Below, piece by piece: positions 11,101-20,720 of a stretch of DNA of 64,000 nt; the first letter of the stretch is position 1, and each line of letters starts with the position of its first letter. The DNA is from a virus (lineage: Duplodnaviria > Caudoviricetes), in IMG/VR virus record IMGVR_UViG_3300021387_000688. The stretch is one strand, 5' to 3'. Below the pieces are notes generated by a model. That model did no database searches, was not told the DNA's origin, and saw only the letters and a list, made by a program, of their open reading frames with translations. The position numbers and the translations under genes are program-made.

Positions 11101-11231
11101 TGGATGCATTAAACAAAGTGGTTAGTAGATTAGAGGATTTGAAGAATTCCCAAGACGCTAACAATTCAAGATTGAATTCTTTGATAGTAACTATGGATGG
11201 TATCGGTCAAAGGATGAGTCTCAATATATAA
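8169..11231 (+). CDS. Tape measure protein
   Basis: 1020 aa, A/L/I/M-rich helical protein with many hydrophobic segments and internal repeats; near the tube and chaperone genes; late motif. Confidence 0.7.
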   Translation: MAKVTNETVNKLNSTVSKNTSAVDKSTNASKKSASSSDKNTSAANKLDNTIKANTKASNANANTIDKAADSIEKSVGILKDEGINLTESIDNVKKEIQELPEKWQELLQTVMEMNNKILDLNESKPEIPEGSTDNPKREEDEEKESENPLEKEFEKLSFDTSGTDISILTSANNLPNMMGAGLALIHNSLQQVVGAITDGFSQMTSLLVGNLNKVNNSEEAKNTEAGENQVTPLKSSIAEFFNGLAGPMQSIASALLLVSLAAAVLNAIPLESMTVTVTMQLFTFLTATFTALSLISLGYQKVAHIVDPEQQDNPANLMNMVNQLSKMMLSIGAMVAVSVAIVTVLKSNMSYVMAGLAMSFGTMALSLISISLLSEMALPEVQEGSKPNQLMQDFNKMLLITSAIFLVNALLFPIIREGAIASMVIMGVMSFAIIKMMESVKELAEIDPEVLEQLNGLFTRITVLFGIMGAMVIILGLLPLNVVIQGTITVMAMTGLIAGLVYMLTTSAKKLDSLKPDTLEQLNTMIIASTVMIGLLGLLVIVLGLMPLTAVIQGIVAVTIIAALPIALIKIFAKVAQQSSQLVQALEGIVIATVVSLATAGLAWLLITLLGGFTIQQVLTTMATMGLMLALSLVVTGAIVILGVIFAALISGPQAALIPMAIVGIAIAGTVSLAIAGFARLLSSIFGSEEEAIKAQQAAKAVMMTAIALTTIAVSIVTIGALAIPMMIAMPLALTALEGLTRFINTLNAPEGILAILAASGQMDLSGVYAQVANISRLCIALATLNIPLSILALNAPLLLISLSICTTSMFMIGASLVLLSGSLRVIQALTFVDVSPKITELSNAIQSLNNLAQVVSNFTGMDIAKVLMVKAALGYVASFEKSLGRIGNNAATENIVNLTNNLSNLANTAPGLNALAEAITRVSAATASLNQVQNSNAQSIERLTGQAASRNEFLSNPSLRQESSNKSNSSNFEPILDALNKVVSRLEDLKNSQDANNSRLNSLIVTMDGIGQRMSLNI

Positions 11232-11258
11232 AAAATCCACCGCTATACTAATTGAAAT

Positions 11259-14200
11259 ATGAACATCATAACAGATATACATGAACGAGCGGCCTACAAT
11301 AAGCCTATAACACACTTTGATTCCCCTAAAGGAATAGGTCAAATTACTGCAAAAGATGTAGCAGGTTGGGCAGAATTAAACAGCTTAGTATACGGTGCCG
11401 AGAATTATAGTTCTTTAACTTATAACAATAATGTTGATGCAAATCCAGATATGGTAAAATCTACAAGTGCTGCAATTATGCAAGCACCTGACGAAACTTT
11501 TAGTACCATTTTAACAGAAGAAGCTCAACAAGTACAGGGTCAAGTTAATAGTTATGTATCTAAGAACTTTGTACAAATGTTCTATGAAACTTACATGGCC
11601 CCAATCAATACAAAAGATGTAAATAATCGTTTAGGAAAAGTATTAGGAGTTGTATCAGATATGCACTCCTTAATACCAAATGGTGTTCCTGGTATTATGG
11701 CGGCAGATAATACTGCATCTTGGAAAACTACTGAAAACTTTTCTTTTAAGTTCTCTGAAGGATTGTCTAAATCCCACCCAGACCCTTATAAAACAAGAAC
11801 ATTAGATGGAGCCAAATGGGTAACCACTGCTTATAGAGCTTGGTGGGCTCCAGGAGGTTGGATAGGAAATCCTGCAGCAACAGATGAATGGAGGTGGCAA
11901 AACGGTAGATGGGAAAGAGGACATTTTGACGGTGGAGAAGAAATATTTACAGAATATCACTCTTTAGCTTTCCCTCCATATCATAGTCATGAAGTTGTAA
12001 ATACTGAAAACTTATTTGAACCTAAAGCATCTGAAACTGAAAATGCTACTGTATCTTTAAGAGAGTATAAGGCAGATAGAACTTACGATATGGAAAACCT
12101 TCTTTATAAGAAAGGTATCGGTACATATCGTACACCTGCTTTTAAGGCAATCAATGATAACATTCAAACATTGCAATTGTTTTTCAACAGGTGTTTTGGA
12201 ATAGAATCTACCTATATCAATGAGTGGGATGAATCTCTTTACATTCAGGAAGGTTTGTGTAACGTAAGACAAACTACAGATGCAGATGGTAACACCATTA
12301 GTGCACCTTCATTCGTAACTACATTAACTTATGGTTTGTTAGACGATGCTCCAGTACCAGGGGTTAAAGGAAGTTCTGAAGTAGACTTAAATAAAATTAC
12401 TCCTTTCGCTTCTTGGAATATGGCAGTATCTACAAGGTCCGGAGTAGATTATGTAACCACAGCTCAACATTGTAATGAGATGGATTATATGATCAAAGAG
12501 TATCCTCTTTCTACCTATTGGTATCCAGAATATTCTGGACAGAATTTAGGCGACATGAATGTATCTAGATACATTGATGATATGTTTGCTTATAGGGAAA
12601 ATGGAGCGAACTGGGATAAAAATGTTTCTAGAAATTATACAAGTGCTATAAAATACGGTAGTTTGGATTCTTCTACAAAATCTTTACTTGAAGTTATAAA
12701 CTATACAGATGATAAGCAAGCAGTGTTGTCAGGAATGAACGCCACCGATAAAGATGGTAAACTTTATTTATTACGTACAGATGGTGCCTACGTCAATGAT
12801 GGTTATGGAGGTAACGCTTATAGTTATTTACCTTTCTGGAGACAATTCTTTACATCTGCAGAAGACGGATTATCCGATATCGATATCTTGATGCAAGATG
12901 TTTTATACAATGATCAAGATTACAATTCATATTTGGATATTGGTCACAGAATTATAGAAATGACTACAAGTGATAATTCTAAATTCTGGGATTACTTAAA
13001 TCAAAGATCTGCTACATTTAATCCTTTACCCCCAGCTGCCTCTCAAATATCTCAAGATAATAATGCAAGTCTAATACAGGATGCTTCTAGTTATGGTAAT
13101 ATAAAAATTGATATTGGAATCGCGTCATTTGAAATTCCTCATACAGCTCTTCTTAAAGCTTGGGCAAATAAAGATAAAAATACTAGAGCTGCAATGAACA
13201 AGGCTAACCAAACAGGTGGTATGGATAATGCAGTATCTGTAGTCAACAGTAATTTGAAACCTACTAAGAAGAAAGCTTCTTATGTAGAAGATGTAAATGG
13301 TGCGCCTCAAGTAGTAAATGAATATACCCCAGAAGAGGATGATGACGAGGCTGCAAAATCTGCATTAAGTTATGGTGCAGGTGTAAATAATTATTCTCCA
13401 TTCTTGTATGGAGGACCTCACGGTCAATATTTAAGTCCTTTAACATTGGAAGGATATTGTCAAGATGAAAATAGATTTTTAGCAACTGTTCCTACTCAAG
13501 ACTCTTATACGTATTATCACAATGGTATTGATAAAAACTATTTGAACCGCACTTATAGTAACTTTACAAAGAACTATAAGAATAGAGGTAATTTCTATGA
13601 TAAGATAACCGCAGTTACTCCTAATGAAAGAGAATTGCTGTTGACAGGTAATGTCAACTTTGGTTTCCTTCCTAAACCCCAACCAAATAATTATAGATGG
13701 GTTTACTATTCAAATTACTACTACAACTATGAAATGGTTACTGGAGGGGAATATACTTCTAATGCAGGCACAGAAAGCGCCCCTCGTAGATATTGGGATT
13801 ATGCAGGTCGTAGAAATCATTATCATAATGGTCAATTAATACCTGCAACCCCTAGCTGGATGAACAATTGGTGGGGCAATGCAATTTGGGGATGGATAGT
13901 TACTTTTAGTAATTCCTCAAAGAGTACTTACAGTTCTGGTTACTTAAATGATGGGTATGACGATCACCACCATTATAGCAATACTTATGTATTAAGACAT
14001 TTTGGTAAATATTATTGGGAAGAAGATGTAAACTTGGCTCCAGACTTCCCTTATCAAGATTTTATGCTTTTACCTGTAGGCCAAAGTTTAAGTGATAGAG
14101 GTAACATCAATTGGGATTATATCAAATCTACAATAAACACAGATCATAACAACAGAATACAAACTGATCAATTTATATCTCATGAAACTTGGGAAGTAGA

Positions 14201-17200
14201 AGATAAATCTAAACCATGGAGATACCAGAGATTAATTAAAGTACAACACTACAATCCAGTTGAAAATATAGTAGATTGGAATGCACATTGTTGGTATTTA
14301 GTTACTCCAGATAAACACCCTTCTAACACTTGGGTAGATGGTACAAGATATGTTACATATTCCGAAAGAGGAAGCGCTTGGTATAATGCACTTGAAAGAA
14401 TGTGGAGGCCTAGCGCAGGTAACGAAATCTTGTGTACATTGCCTATAAATTCAGGCGGAGGCATTACTAACGTAGTTTGTGCTGTAGGTAGAATTATAAA
14501 AGACTTTACTTATGTATATAGATATGTATGGAGACTTCATTTAGGTTGGAGATGGAGTTGGAGATGGAGTTGGCACTGGTTCCATTTCCATTGGTGGGGT
14601 GGATTCTATTGGTATTGGAAGTTACACAGAATTGTTGGAACTGAAACAACCTACAACTTGTACATTGATACTAACCGTACAAGATATAACATACCTACAA
14701 AATACTTGATAGATAGAGAGGCTAAGGTAAACTCTTCAAGGAAGTTTGAATCTTCAAACCCAGTAGAAAGATATGCAACAGGGGAAACTGGAGGAGAATC
14801 TGGACATTTAGGCACTACTGGTGCACCTCTTTTATGCCCATGGGAACCTAGGTTTAAAGATTATTATGGATGGTATAATAACAGTAAGGCAATGCCAGGA
14901 GCTTATTGGAGTGACGAAGGTAACCAATATTACAGAGGTGGATATCATAGTGGTGCATTCTTAATGAGTAAAGGTATCTTCTTTGCAGATATGATTGAAA
15001 ATTATAGGAAGCACGGTCAGGAAGCTTGGTATTGTACTTCTACTGTTCCTATTGTAAAATCTAAGATAGAACATTTCTATATCACTGCAAGGACTAAGCA
15101 GTCTGTAGGTTGTAACAGATGGGGTTATGGAACTACTTCTTATGTTAATAACTACAACTATAGAACTGGTAGATATACTTACGGTCTTACAAATGATAAC
15201 TATTGGAAATATAGTGACTTCTATACTTATGATGATACCCATTATCATACATTATTGTGTTGGGCAGATAGAGCAAACTGGGTACCAAATAGATGGGCTA
15301 CTCATTGGACTTTGACAAATATCTTTAGAGAAATGCCAAGAACCAAATCTCTCATAGAATATTGCAAAGATGGAAATAACCCTACATTAGCTTGGTATCA
15401 TGCTACAGACCCATTTGATGTATATATCGACACTGCGCAACAGCAAATTCAATGGATGAAGCAGTTACACGGATATGTTGTTAATAATATAACTGATAAA
15501 AACATTTGGGATGTTTATCAAAAAGTTACAGATAAAAAGATTAAAAATGTAACTAAGATGAAGAATACCGCAGGTAGTTGGGATAGTAGTAAAATGGGAC
15601 CTAGTCCTTACTTTACAAATTCTTTTACAGAAGATGTAAATTACTTTGATGCTTTAGATGTAGTATATCGAGTATTCGGTGTTAACGCTTGGAACCCTAA
15701 GAAGAATACTATTGCAGAATTATTGGCAGAAAGAATTTATTACTTAGAGAAGTTTAGAAACAGAGCCCTTTATTTGAGAAATCAATTGTTAGTAGATTCA
15801 TTGCCAGCTGACATTGTAAGGCAATTCTCAATATTAGTTTCTAATACTAGGTTGTATCTAAACTGTGCACAGTGTTATGGAAGGACTGTAGAAAACACTT
15901 CTTATTGGGGTAATGAATGGTATTTAAGTAATGTATTGATGTATAGTGATCACAATACTCGCTACGACCTTACGAGACATCCAGGTACTGTATTATGGGC
16001 TTACTTAAACGTATTGTACCAGGCCAGAAAGTATTGGGTTAACTTAAGATTGGATAAATCTTTTGGATCTTATTGGTTGTTGAGGGGATTGGAAAGAGTA
16101 TTGGTATTTACTATGGCTCAAGACACCGCCGTTGTACCTAACTTACAAGAAGCTTCTTCTGCAATTGATGTAGAAGATTCTACAAAGAAAACTTCTAGAA
16201 AGATACATTTCGTAGAATCTAGATCTAAGCTGGGAGAACTTATAGACAGTAATAATATAGAACCTACTTATACAAACGCCGTTTACATAAAAGTAGATTA
16301 CTTGAATGTATCAGATCCTACTACAAATGAGTTGTATAAAAATGGTAAGTTTGACAATAAGGAAATAAGATATATACCTGAAGTTTATAAGTGGGCTTAT
16401 AAACCTACAGACCAGGAATACTACGTAATGAGTGCTTACATTACCAGCCACTTGAAAGAATATACTCAAACAAGAAAACAAGTATTGGATGAAATATACG
16501 CTTGTTCTTATAGATTGACTGCAAATGATTATGACAAGCTCAGAACTTCTTTAACTTATTTGCAAGAGAGTTATATCGATAAGACTTTGTCTTCTTTAGG
16601 TACATTACCTGAAATGGAATACAGGCTTGAAGAATTGCAAAATGCATTACTTCAAGAAAAGTCCACTTACTATAACGGCCTTATTGAAGATTTGTTATAT
16701 CCTGTTTACATTAAGTTCGAACCAGAACATGTATGGACTGGTAATTATAAGGACGACGAGAAGGACGGAAACTACTATATCGATGAATGGCAGAAAGAAG
16801 AAACTGCTTATAAGGAAAGAACTCGTAGAGACTCTTTCGGAGAAAAACATAAACACACCGCTCCAATTTCTGCAGGTATTACATTCGATGTAATGGCTTC
16901 TATTGATGTTAACAAATTGTTAAATAACATTGGGGCATTGCAGACTGCTACTACTGCAGAAATATTATGTGAATGTAAAAACACAATAGACTTATGGAGA
17001 ATTGAGTTACCTAAGAATATGAAAGTACCTACAGCTTATTTGGAAGATAAGCCAATATTGGTACCAGCATTCTTAATAGACTTATCTGTTAATGGCGTAT
17101 TAGCTAAAGAAAAGGAACCAACTCCAAGGGACGTTTTGGTGGGTGTAAGTAGTACAGAAATGCTTCCTATCTTGGAACCAAGTGCAGGATTATTAACAGT

Positions 17201-17282
17201 TAATACTCAAGCCGCTTTAGGTATCGTAGATAAAGTTGACTTTGGAATTAATGTTAACGTTCAAGAGTTGAAAGATAAATAA
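11259..17282 (+). CDS. Giant virion protein (2007 aa), Tyr/Trp/Asn-rich, probably baseplate/tail-associated
   Basis: Follows the tape measure gene; ACTAATTG late motif 4 nt before the ATG; aromatic-rich central region. Confidence 0.5.
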   Translation: MNIITDIHERAAYNKPITHFDSPKGIGQITAKDVAGWAELNSLVYGAENYSSLTYNNNVDANPDMVKSTSAAIMQAPDETFSTILTEEAQQVQGQVNSYVSKNFVQMFYETYMAPINTKDVNNRLGKVLGVVSDMHSLIPNGVPGIMAADNTASWKTTENFSFKFSEGLSKSHPDPYKTRTLDGAKWVTTAYRAWWAPGGWIGNPAATDEWRWQNGRWERGHFDGGEEIFTEYHSLAFPPYHSHEVVNTENLFEPKASETENATVSLREYKADRTYDMENLLYKKGIGTYRTPAFKAINDNIQTLQLFFNRCFGIESTYINEWDESLYIQEGLCNVRQTTDADGNTISAPSFVTTLTYGLLDDAPVPGVKGSSEVDLNKITPFASWNMAVSTRSGVDYVTTAQHCNEMDYMIKEYPLSTYWYPEYSGQNLGDMNVSRYIDDMFAYRENGANWDKNVSRNYTSAIKYGSLDSSTKSLLEVINYTDDKQAVLSGMNATDKDGKLYLLRTDGAYVNDGYGGNAYSYLPFWRQFFTSAEDGLSDIDILMQDVLYNDQDYNSYLDIGHRIIEMTTSDNSKFWDYLNQRSATFNPLPPAASQISQDNNASLIQDASSYGNIKIDIGIASFEIPHTALLKAWANKDKNTRAAMNKANQTGGMDNAVSVVNSNLKPTKKKASYVEDVNGAPQVVNEYTPEEDDDEAAKSALSYGAGVNNYSPFLYGGPHGQYLSPLTLEGYCQDENRFLATVPTQDSYTYYHNGIDKNYLNRTYSNFTKNYKNRGNFYDKITAVTPNERELLLTGNVNFGFLPKPQPNNYRWVYYSNYYYNYEMVTGGEYTSNAGTESAPRRYWDYAGRRNHYHNGQLIPATPSWMNNWWGNAIWGWIVTFSNSSKSTYSSGYLNDGYDDHHHYSNTYVLRHFGKYYWEEDVNLAPDFPYQDFMLLPVGQSLSDRGNINWDYIKSTINTDHNNRIQTDQFISHETWEVEDKSKPWRYQRLIKVQHYNPVENIVDWNAHCWYLVTPDKHPSNTWVDGTRYVTYSERGSAWYNALERMWRPSAGNEILCTLPINSGGGITNVVCAVGRIIKDFTYVYRYVWRLHLGWRWSWRWSWHWFHFHWWGGFYWYWKLHRIVGTETTYNLYIDTNRTRYNIPTKYLIDREAKVNSSRKFESSNPVERYATGETGGESGHLGTTGAPLLCPWEPRFKDYYGWYNNSKAMPGAYWSDEGNQYYRGGYHSGAFLMSKGIFFADMIENYRKHGQEAWYCTSTVPIVKSKIEHFYITARTKQSVGCNRWGYGTTSYVNNYNYRTGRYTYGLTNDNYWKYSDFYTYDDTHYHTLLCWADRANWVPNRWATHWTLTNIFREMPRTKSLIEYCKDGNNPTLAWYHATDPFDVYIDTAQQQIQWMKQLHGYVVNNITDKNIWDVYQKVTDKKIKNVTKMKNTAGSWDSSKMGPSPYFTNSFTEDVNYFDALDVVYRVFGVNAWNPKKNTIAELLAERIYYLEKFRNRALYLRNQLLVDSLPADIVRQFSILVSNTRLYLNCAQCYGRTVENTSYWGNEWYLSNVLMYSDHNTRYDLTRHPGTVLWAYLNVLYQARKYWVNLRLDKSFGSYWLLRGLERVLVFTMAQDTAVVPNLQEASSAIDVEDSTKKTSRKIHFVESRSKLGELIDSNNIEPTYTNAVYIKVDYLNVSDPTTNELYKNGKFDNKEIRYIPEVYKWAYKPTDQEYYVMSAYITSHLKEYTQTRKQVLDEIYACSYRLTANDYDKLRTSLTYLQESYIDKTLSSLGTLPEMEYRLEELQNALLQEKSTYYNGLIEDLLYPVYIKFEPEHVWTGNYKDDEKDGNYYIDEWQKEETAYKERTRRDSFGEKHKHTAPISAGITFDVMASIDVNKLLNNIGALQTATTAEILCECKNTIDLWRIELPKNMKVPTAYLEDKPILVPAFLIDLSVNGVLAKEKEPTPRDVLVGVSSTEMLPILEPSAGLLTVNTQAALGIVDKVDFGINVNVQELKDK

Positions 17283-17287
17283 CCAAT

Positions 17288-17320
17288 AAAAAAGCCTCTC
17301 GAAAGAGAGGCTTTATTTTT
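17288..17320. terminator. Bidirectional terminator (GCCTCTC-GAAA-GAGAGGC family)
   Basis: Perfect hairpin with A/T tracts between convergent genes. Confidence 0.9.
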
Positions 17321-17334
17321 ACCAATTAAAAAAG

Positions 17335-18372
17335 TTAAGCTGAAACTTCTTCAATAATCTGAAGGCATTCAGTATATTCTTCGTCTGTAAGTTGCAATCT
17401 ATCTTTATAAGCTGTTAAAATATCGGCTGGATTTTGAGAAGTATATTTCTTATCAATTGAAAATTCTTTAACTGAACCTGAAACTATTTCTTCATCTTCT
17501 TCTCTTAAAACTTCTGTTTTGTAAACATGTAAGCCTAACAAACGTGCCTGAATGTAAACGTCTTTTCCATCGATAATAGGAGAATGAATAATCTTATAGA
17601 AAACGTTTTCGCTAGTTTCAAGATTTTTCAAATCTGTTAAAGATTGAATAGTATATTTCTTAAGTGTTAAGAAACTTGGAATAGTTATTTCTGCTTGTTT
17701 AATATTACCAGTGTCCATATCTTTTGCTAACAATCTAATAACAGAATGGTCATAGTCTTTATTTTCTGCTACAGAGTTTGGTAAGATAGATCCTAAGTAT
17801 TGAGGGTTAGTATCGTGAGAATGAATATGCCCGCAGAAATAAGCTTTTGTATTAATAGAAGAAATATCAATATGAGGAGAACCTGCAACTGACTCTAATT
17901 CCCAATGTGCAACTAAAGCGTCATAAACTTTATCTTTAGTATTTTCTTCTATATACTTTTGTACTTTTGAATGAGAGCTACCATATACCCAAGGTAAGCA
18001 GCAAAGCTTAAAACCATTCTTAGTTTCATAGTCGCAGAATTTGTTAATTACAATAACCCCTAATTTCTCTAAGAATACTTGAGAGTTTTCTACTTTGTAT
18101 TTATTCAAACCGTAATCGTGATTGCCTAGAATAGCATAGATAGTAGAAGCTTTTTTATGAAGCATTTCAAATAATTCAAGAGCCAATGCACTTACAGTTG
18201 GTAGCATATAAATTCTATGAAGTACATCTCCGGCTAATACTATTTCAGTATCTTCTTTTTTAGAATCAGGTAATGTTTGATCGATCCAATTGATAAAATC
18301 TCTTAAACCTTTTTTATAAAAGGCTCTGTTACGTAAATGAGCGTCCCCTATACCTACAAGTATCTTTTTCAA
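17335..18372 (-). CDS. Mre11/SbcD-like metallophosphoesterase nuclease (T4 gp47-like)
   Basis: GDAH, AGDV, GNHD, AH and GHIH motifs; YLGS; TTG start. Confidence 0.9.
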   Translation of the reverse strand: MKKILVGIGDAHLRNRAFYKKGLRDFINWIDQTLPDSKKEDTEIVLAGDVLHRIYMLPTVSALALELFEMLHKKASTIYAILGNHDYGLNKYKVENSQVFLEKLGVIVINKFCDYETKNGFKLCCLPWVYGSSHSKVQKYIEENTKDKVYDALVAHWELESVAGSPHIDISSINTKAYFCGHIHSHDTNPQYLGSILPNSVAENKDYDHSVIRLLAKDMDTGNIKQAEITIPSFLTLKKYTIQSLTDLKNLETSENVFYKIIHSPIIDGKDVYIQARLLGLHVYKTEVLREEDEEIVSGSVKEFSIDKKYTSQNPADILTAYKDRLQLTDEEYTECLQIIEEVSA

Positions 18373-18373
18373 T

Positions 18374-19333
18374 TTAATTCATCCTTGTCTTACTTAATGA
18401 GAATTTTTTAGCTGGCTGAGGCACGGTTTGCATGTCTAACTTAACTTTAAATTTCTCTATTGGAATATCGCAATTGCGTGGCAATTTACTTTCAATTACG
18501 TCAAAGTTTGCTTCACTAAAATCCAACAACCTTTCATAAGATTTTGAAGTATTAGACAATAATAAGAGTTCTTTAAGTCTTGCAAAGCTGCCTTGACCGT
18601 AGAAGAACAATCTTTTAGATTCAAACAAATCCCAATTTTCTTCTCCCATTCTCTTAAGAAGTTCTTTCATTTCATTTGAGGCCTGGGTAATCACTTTAGT
18701 CTTTTCGTGTTGGAAAGCGCCCACTACGTTATCACTTTCGTCCCCGTACATAACTTTCCAGAAGGTAACAGAAGTAATATTAGGCTTAAATCCATATTTC
18801 TTTTTGAAGTTCTTTTCAGTAAACAAATTATCTTTCTTAATAGAAAGGCCTTGATTTAACATTTCTACTCTATCTTCTTCAAGATATCTACAGAAGTCTT
18901 CGTCAGAAGTTACCATTAAACATTTTCCAGTTTCCGTTAATTTTTCTACAAAGTCGTCTGCTTCATATTCACAATCATGGTATACAGAAACTCTTTTAGT
19001 ACCTTCTAGAATATAATGGGTGTATAATTTTTCAAGGGTATTTATTCTTAATTTAACAATAGGGCTATTCTTGTCGCGATTTGATTTATAACCTTCTTTG
19101 ATTTTTTGGCGTTCACTAATAGAACCATCTGAAAGTAAAGGATCAAACAATAAACAAACTTCTCCTAAAGTACTTTGTACAAACTTGTCTATTACAGATT
19201 TGTAATAATTGAATAAAAGATTATTTTTGATTAATGTTTTACAAGTAGCTTCTGAAGCATCTTTTACATAAAAAGCTGCCACTCTATAAAAAACATTAGA
19301 TGTGTCAATAATTATTTTATCGTAATTTAACAT
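18374..19333 (-). CDS. 5'-3' exonuclease / T4 RNase H (FEN/PIN fold)
   Basis: IIIDTSN, YKSNR, YEADD, TSDEDF and GDESDNV motifs. Confidence 0.9.
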   Translation of the reverse strand: MLNYDKIIIDTSNVFYRVAAFYVKDASEATCKTLIKNNLLFNYYKSVIDKFVQSTLGEVCLLFDPLLSDGSISERQKIKEGYKSNRDKNSPIVKLRINTLEKLYTHYILEGTKRVSVYHDCEYEADDFVEKLTETGKCLMVTSDEDFCRYLEEDRVEMLNQGLSIKKDNLFTEKNFKKKYGFKPNITSVTFWKVMYGDESDNVVGAFQHEKTKVITQASNEMKELLKRMGEENWDLFESKRLFFYGQGSFARLKELLLLSNTSKSYERLLDFSEANFDVIESKLPRNCDIPIEKFKVKLDMQTVPQPAKKFSLSKTRMN

Positions 19334-19388
19334 ACCTTACCAATTCCTATATAGAAAAATATAGTGTAGGGATCGGTAAAGTCAGTTT

Positions 19389-20147
19389 TTACATTGTAAC
19401 GTCAGTAAATCCTACAATCGGTGAACCATCTACCGCAGTTGGCGCACCCAATATACCGCAAACCTTAAATCCATGTTTACCTAATGCAGTTTTCTTTCTA
19501 CCATAAATAGATATTTCGTTTGCCACAATTTCTATTTTATTAGGAGTCATACTTATAGTAGAACTTTGTTTACTAGGAGAACCTACACGTAGATATATTT
19601 GATTTTGGAAAACACTTATAGCAGTACCAGATTGCATCATATACCATCTTTCACCTGTACGTACATTTACAAGGTCCATGGCGACTGCAGTTGGTACCCC
19701 TCCTTTAGAAGAAATGCCCTTGTCATTATAAAGGTTTGTAAGAGATTGGTTACTAAACAATACTTTTAATTCTGCATAATTAAAACTATTTGTGTTTAAG
19801 TTTTGGCGACGAATGTGGGTAAACAATTGCTTGAAGTTGTAAGGTTGCATAATTTTCTTTACAGAAGTGTCATACTCTTCCATAGATTCTGACATTACAA
19901 AACCAATCTTAAAATCGTCTGTACATATTACCCATACTTGAGTCGCTTTTGTGGGATCTTTAGTATCTTCTTCTGATACGCCTTTTATGAGTTGAGTAGG
20001 AGAGAACATAGGATATTTAGGTAAGTCTTCTTTTTTCCAACCTACCATATCTGGCAATATCCTTATAGTAAGAACATCTGAACCTACTTTATTATTTGAA
20101 TATATAGCTCCTCTTCTAAACTTTAATTCGCAATCTTTACTAACCAT
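19389..20147 (-). CDS. Baseplate central spike protein (gp5/gpV OB-fold plus beta-helix)
   Basis: N-terminal OB-like TIRILP...VWV.C..D...G followed by short beta repeats (SGTAISV, STISMTPNKIEIVANEISIYG). Confidence 0.55.
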   Translation of the reverse strand: MVSKDCELKFRRGAIYSNNKVGSDVLTIRILPDMVGWKKEDLPKYPMFSPTQLIKGVSEEDTKDPTKATQVWVICTDDFKIGFVMSESMEEYDTSVKKIMQPYNFKQLFTHIRRQNLNTNSFNYAELKVLFSNQSLTNLYNDKGISSKGGVPTAVAMDLVNVRTGERWYMMQSGTAISVFQNQIYLRVGSPSKQSSTISMTPNKIEIVANEISIYGRKKTALGKHGFKVCGILGAPTAVDGSPIVGFTDVTM

Positions 20148-20699
20148 TTAATATGCCTCTACATATGGATGATTTTCTATTTCAGGATCTGGGATTGCAT
20201 TATAAATATCATCTCCATCTAATTGCACGCCTGAAATATAAACATTATCTCCATATACATTTTCTATATATAGTCCACCGTATAAAAATTTAACGCAGAT
20301 TATTTGATATTCATTTATGTACTTTGCAACCTTTTCTATTTTCCAATCGTCGTCAATCCCTTCAGGCTTAACCAATTGTATAAATTCTTCAAGTCTATTA
20401 GTAAAGTAAAAACGTTTTGGGGCTTTAGGTAATTTAATTTTTTGAGTGCATAAAGGTCTTTCGACGTTAGTAATATAATTGAATTTACCTTCTGAAGAAA
20501 TTAAATAATCCCCTATCTTAAAATCTTTAGGATATAATTTTTTACACTTCTTAGTATCACCTTTTTGATAGACTTTATATTTTTTACGACCGTCAAGATA
20601 GATGTAACGGTTTTGTCCTTTTACCGAAAATGTAATTTCCCAACCTGCTATCTGCAAAGTTGGGTAATAAATTCTAATATATAATTTCGCACGATTCAT
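20148..20699 (-). CDS. Hypothetical protein with a degenerate Hint/intein-like beta domain
   Basis: PKDFKIGDYLISSEG...ITNVE and C-terminal NVYISGV resemble Hint blocks; catalytic C1, His and Asn absent. Confidence 0.4.
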   Translation of the reverse strand: MNRAKLYIRIYYPTLQIAGWEITFSVKGQNRYIYLDGRKKYKVYQKGDTKKCKKLYPKDFKIGDYLISSEGKFNYITNVERPLCTQKIKLPKAPKRFYFTNRLEEFIQLVKPEGIDDDWKIEKVAKYINEYQIICVKFLYGGLYIENVYGDNVYISGVQLDGDDIYNAIPDPEIENHPYVEAY

Positions 20700-20720
20700 C
20701 TTTATATTATAGTAAAGCTA

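Noticed and set aside
20148-20699. Active intein
   Set aside because: No N-terminal Cys/Ser, no TxxH, no terminal HN, and no host protein flanking it.
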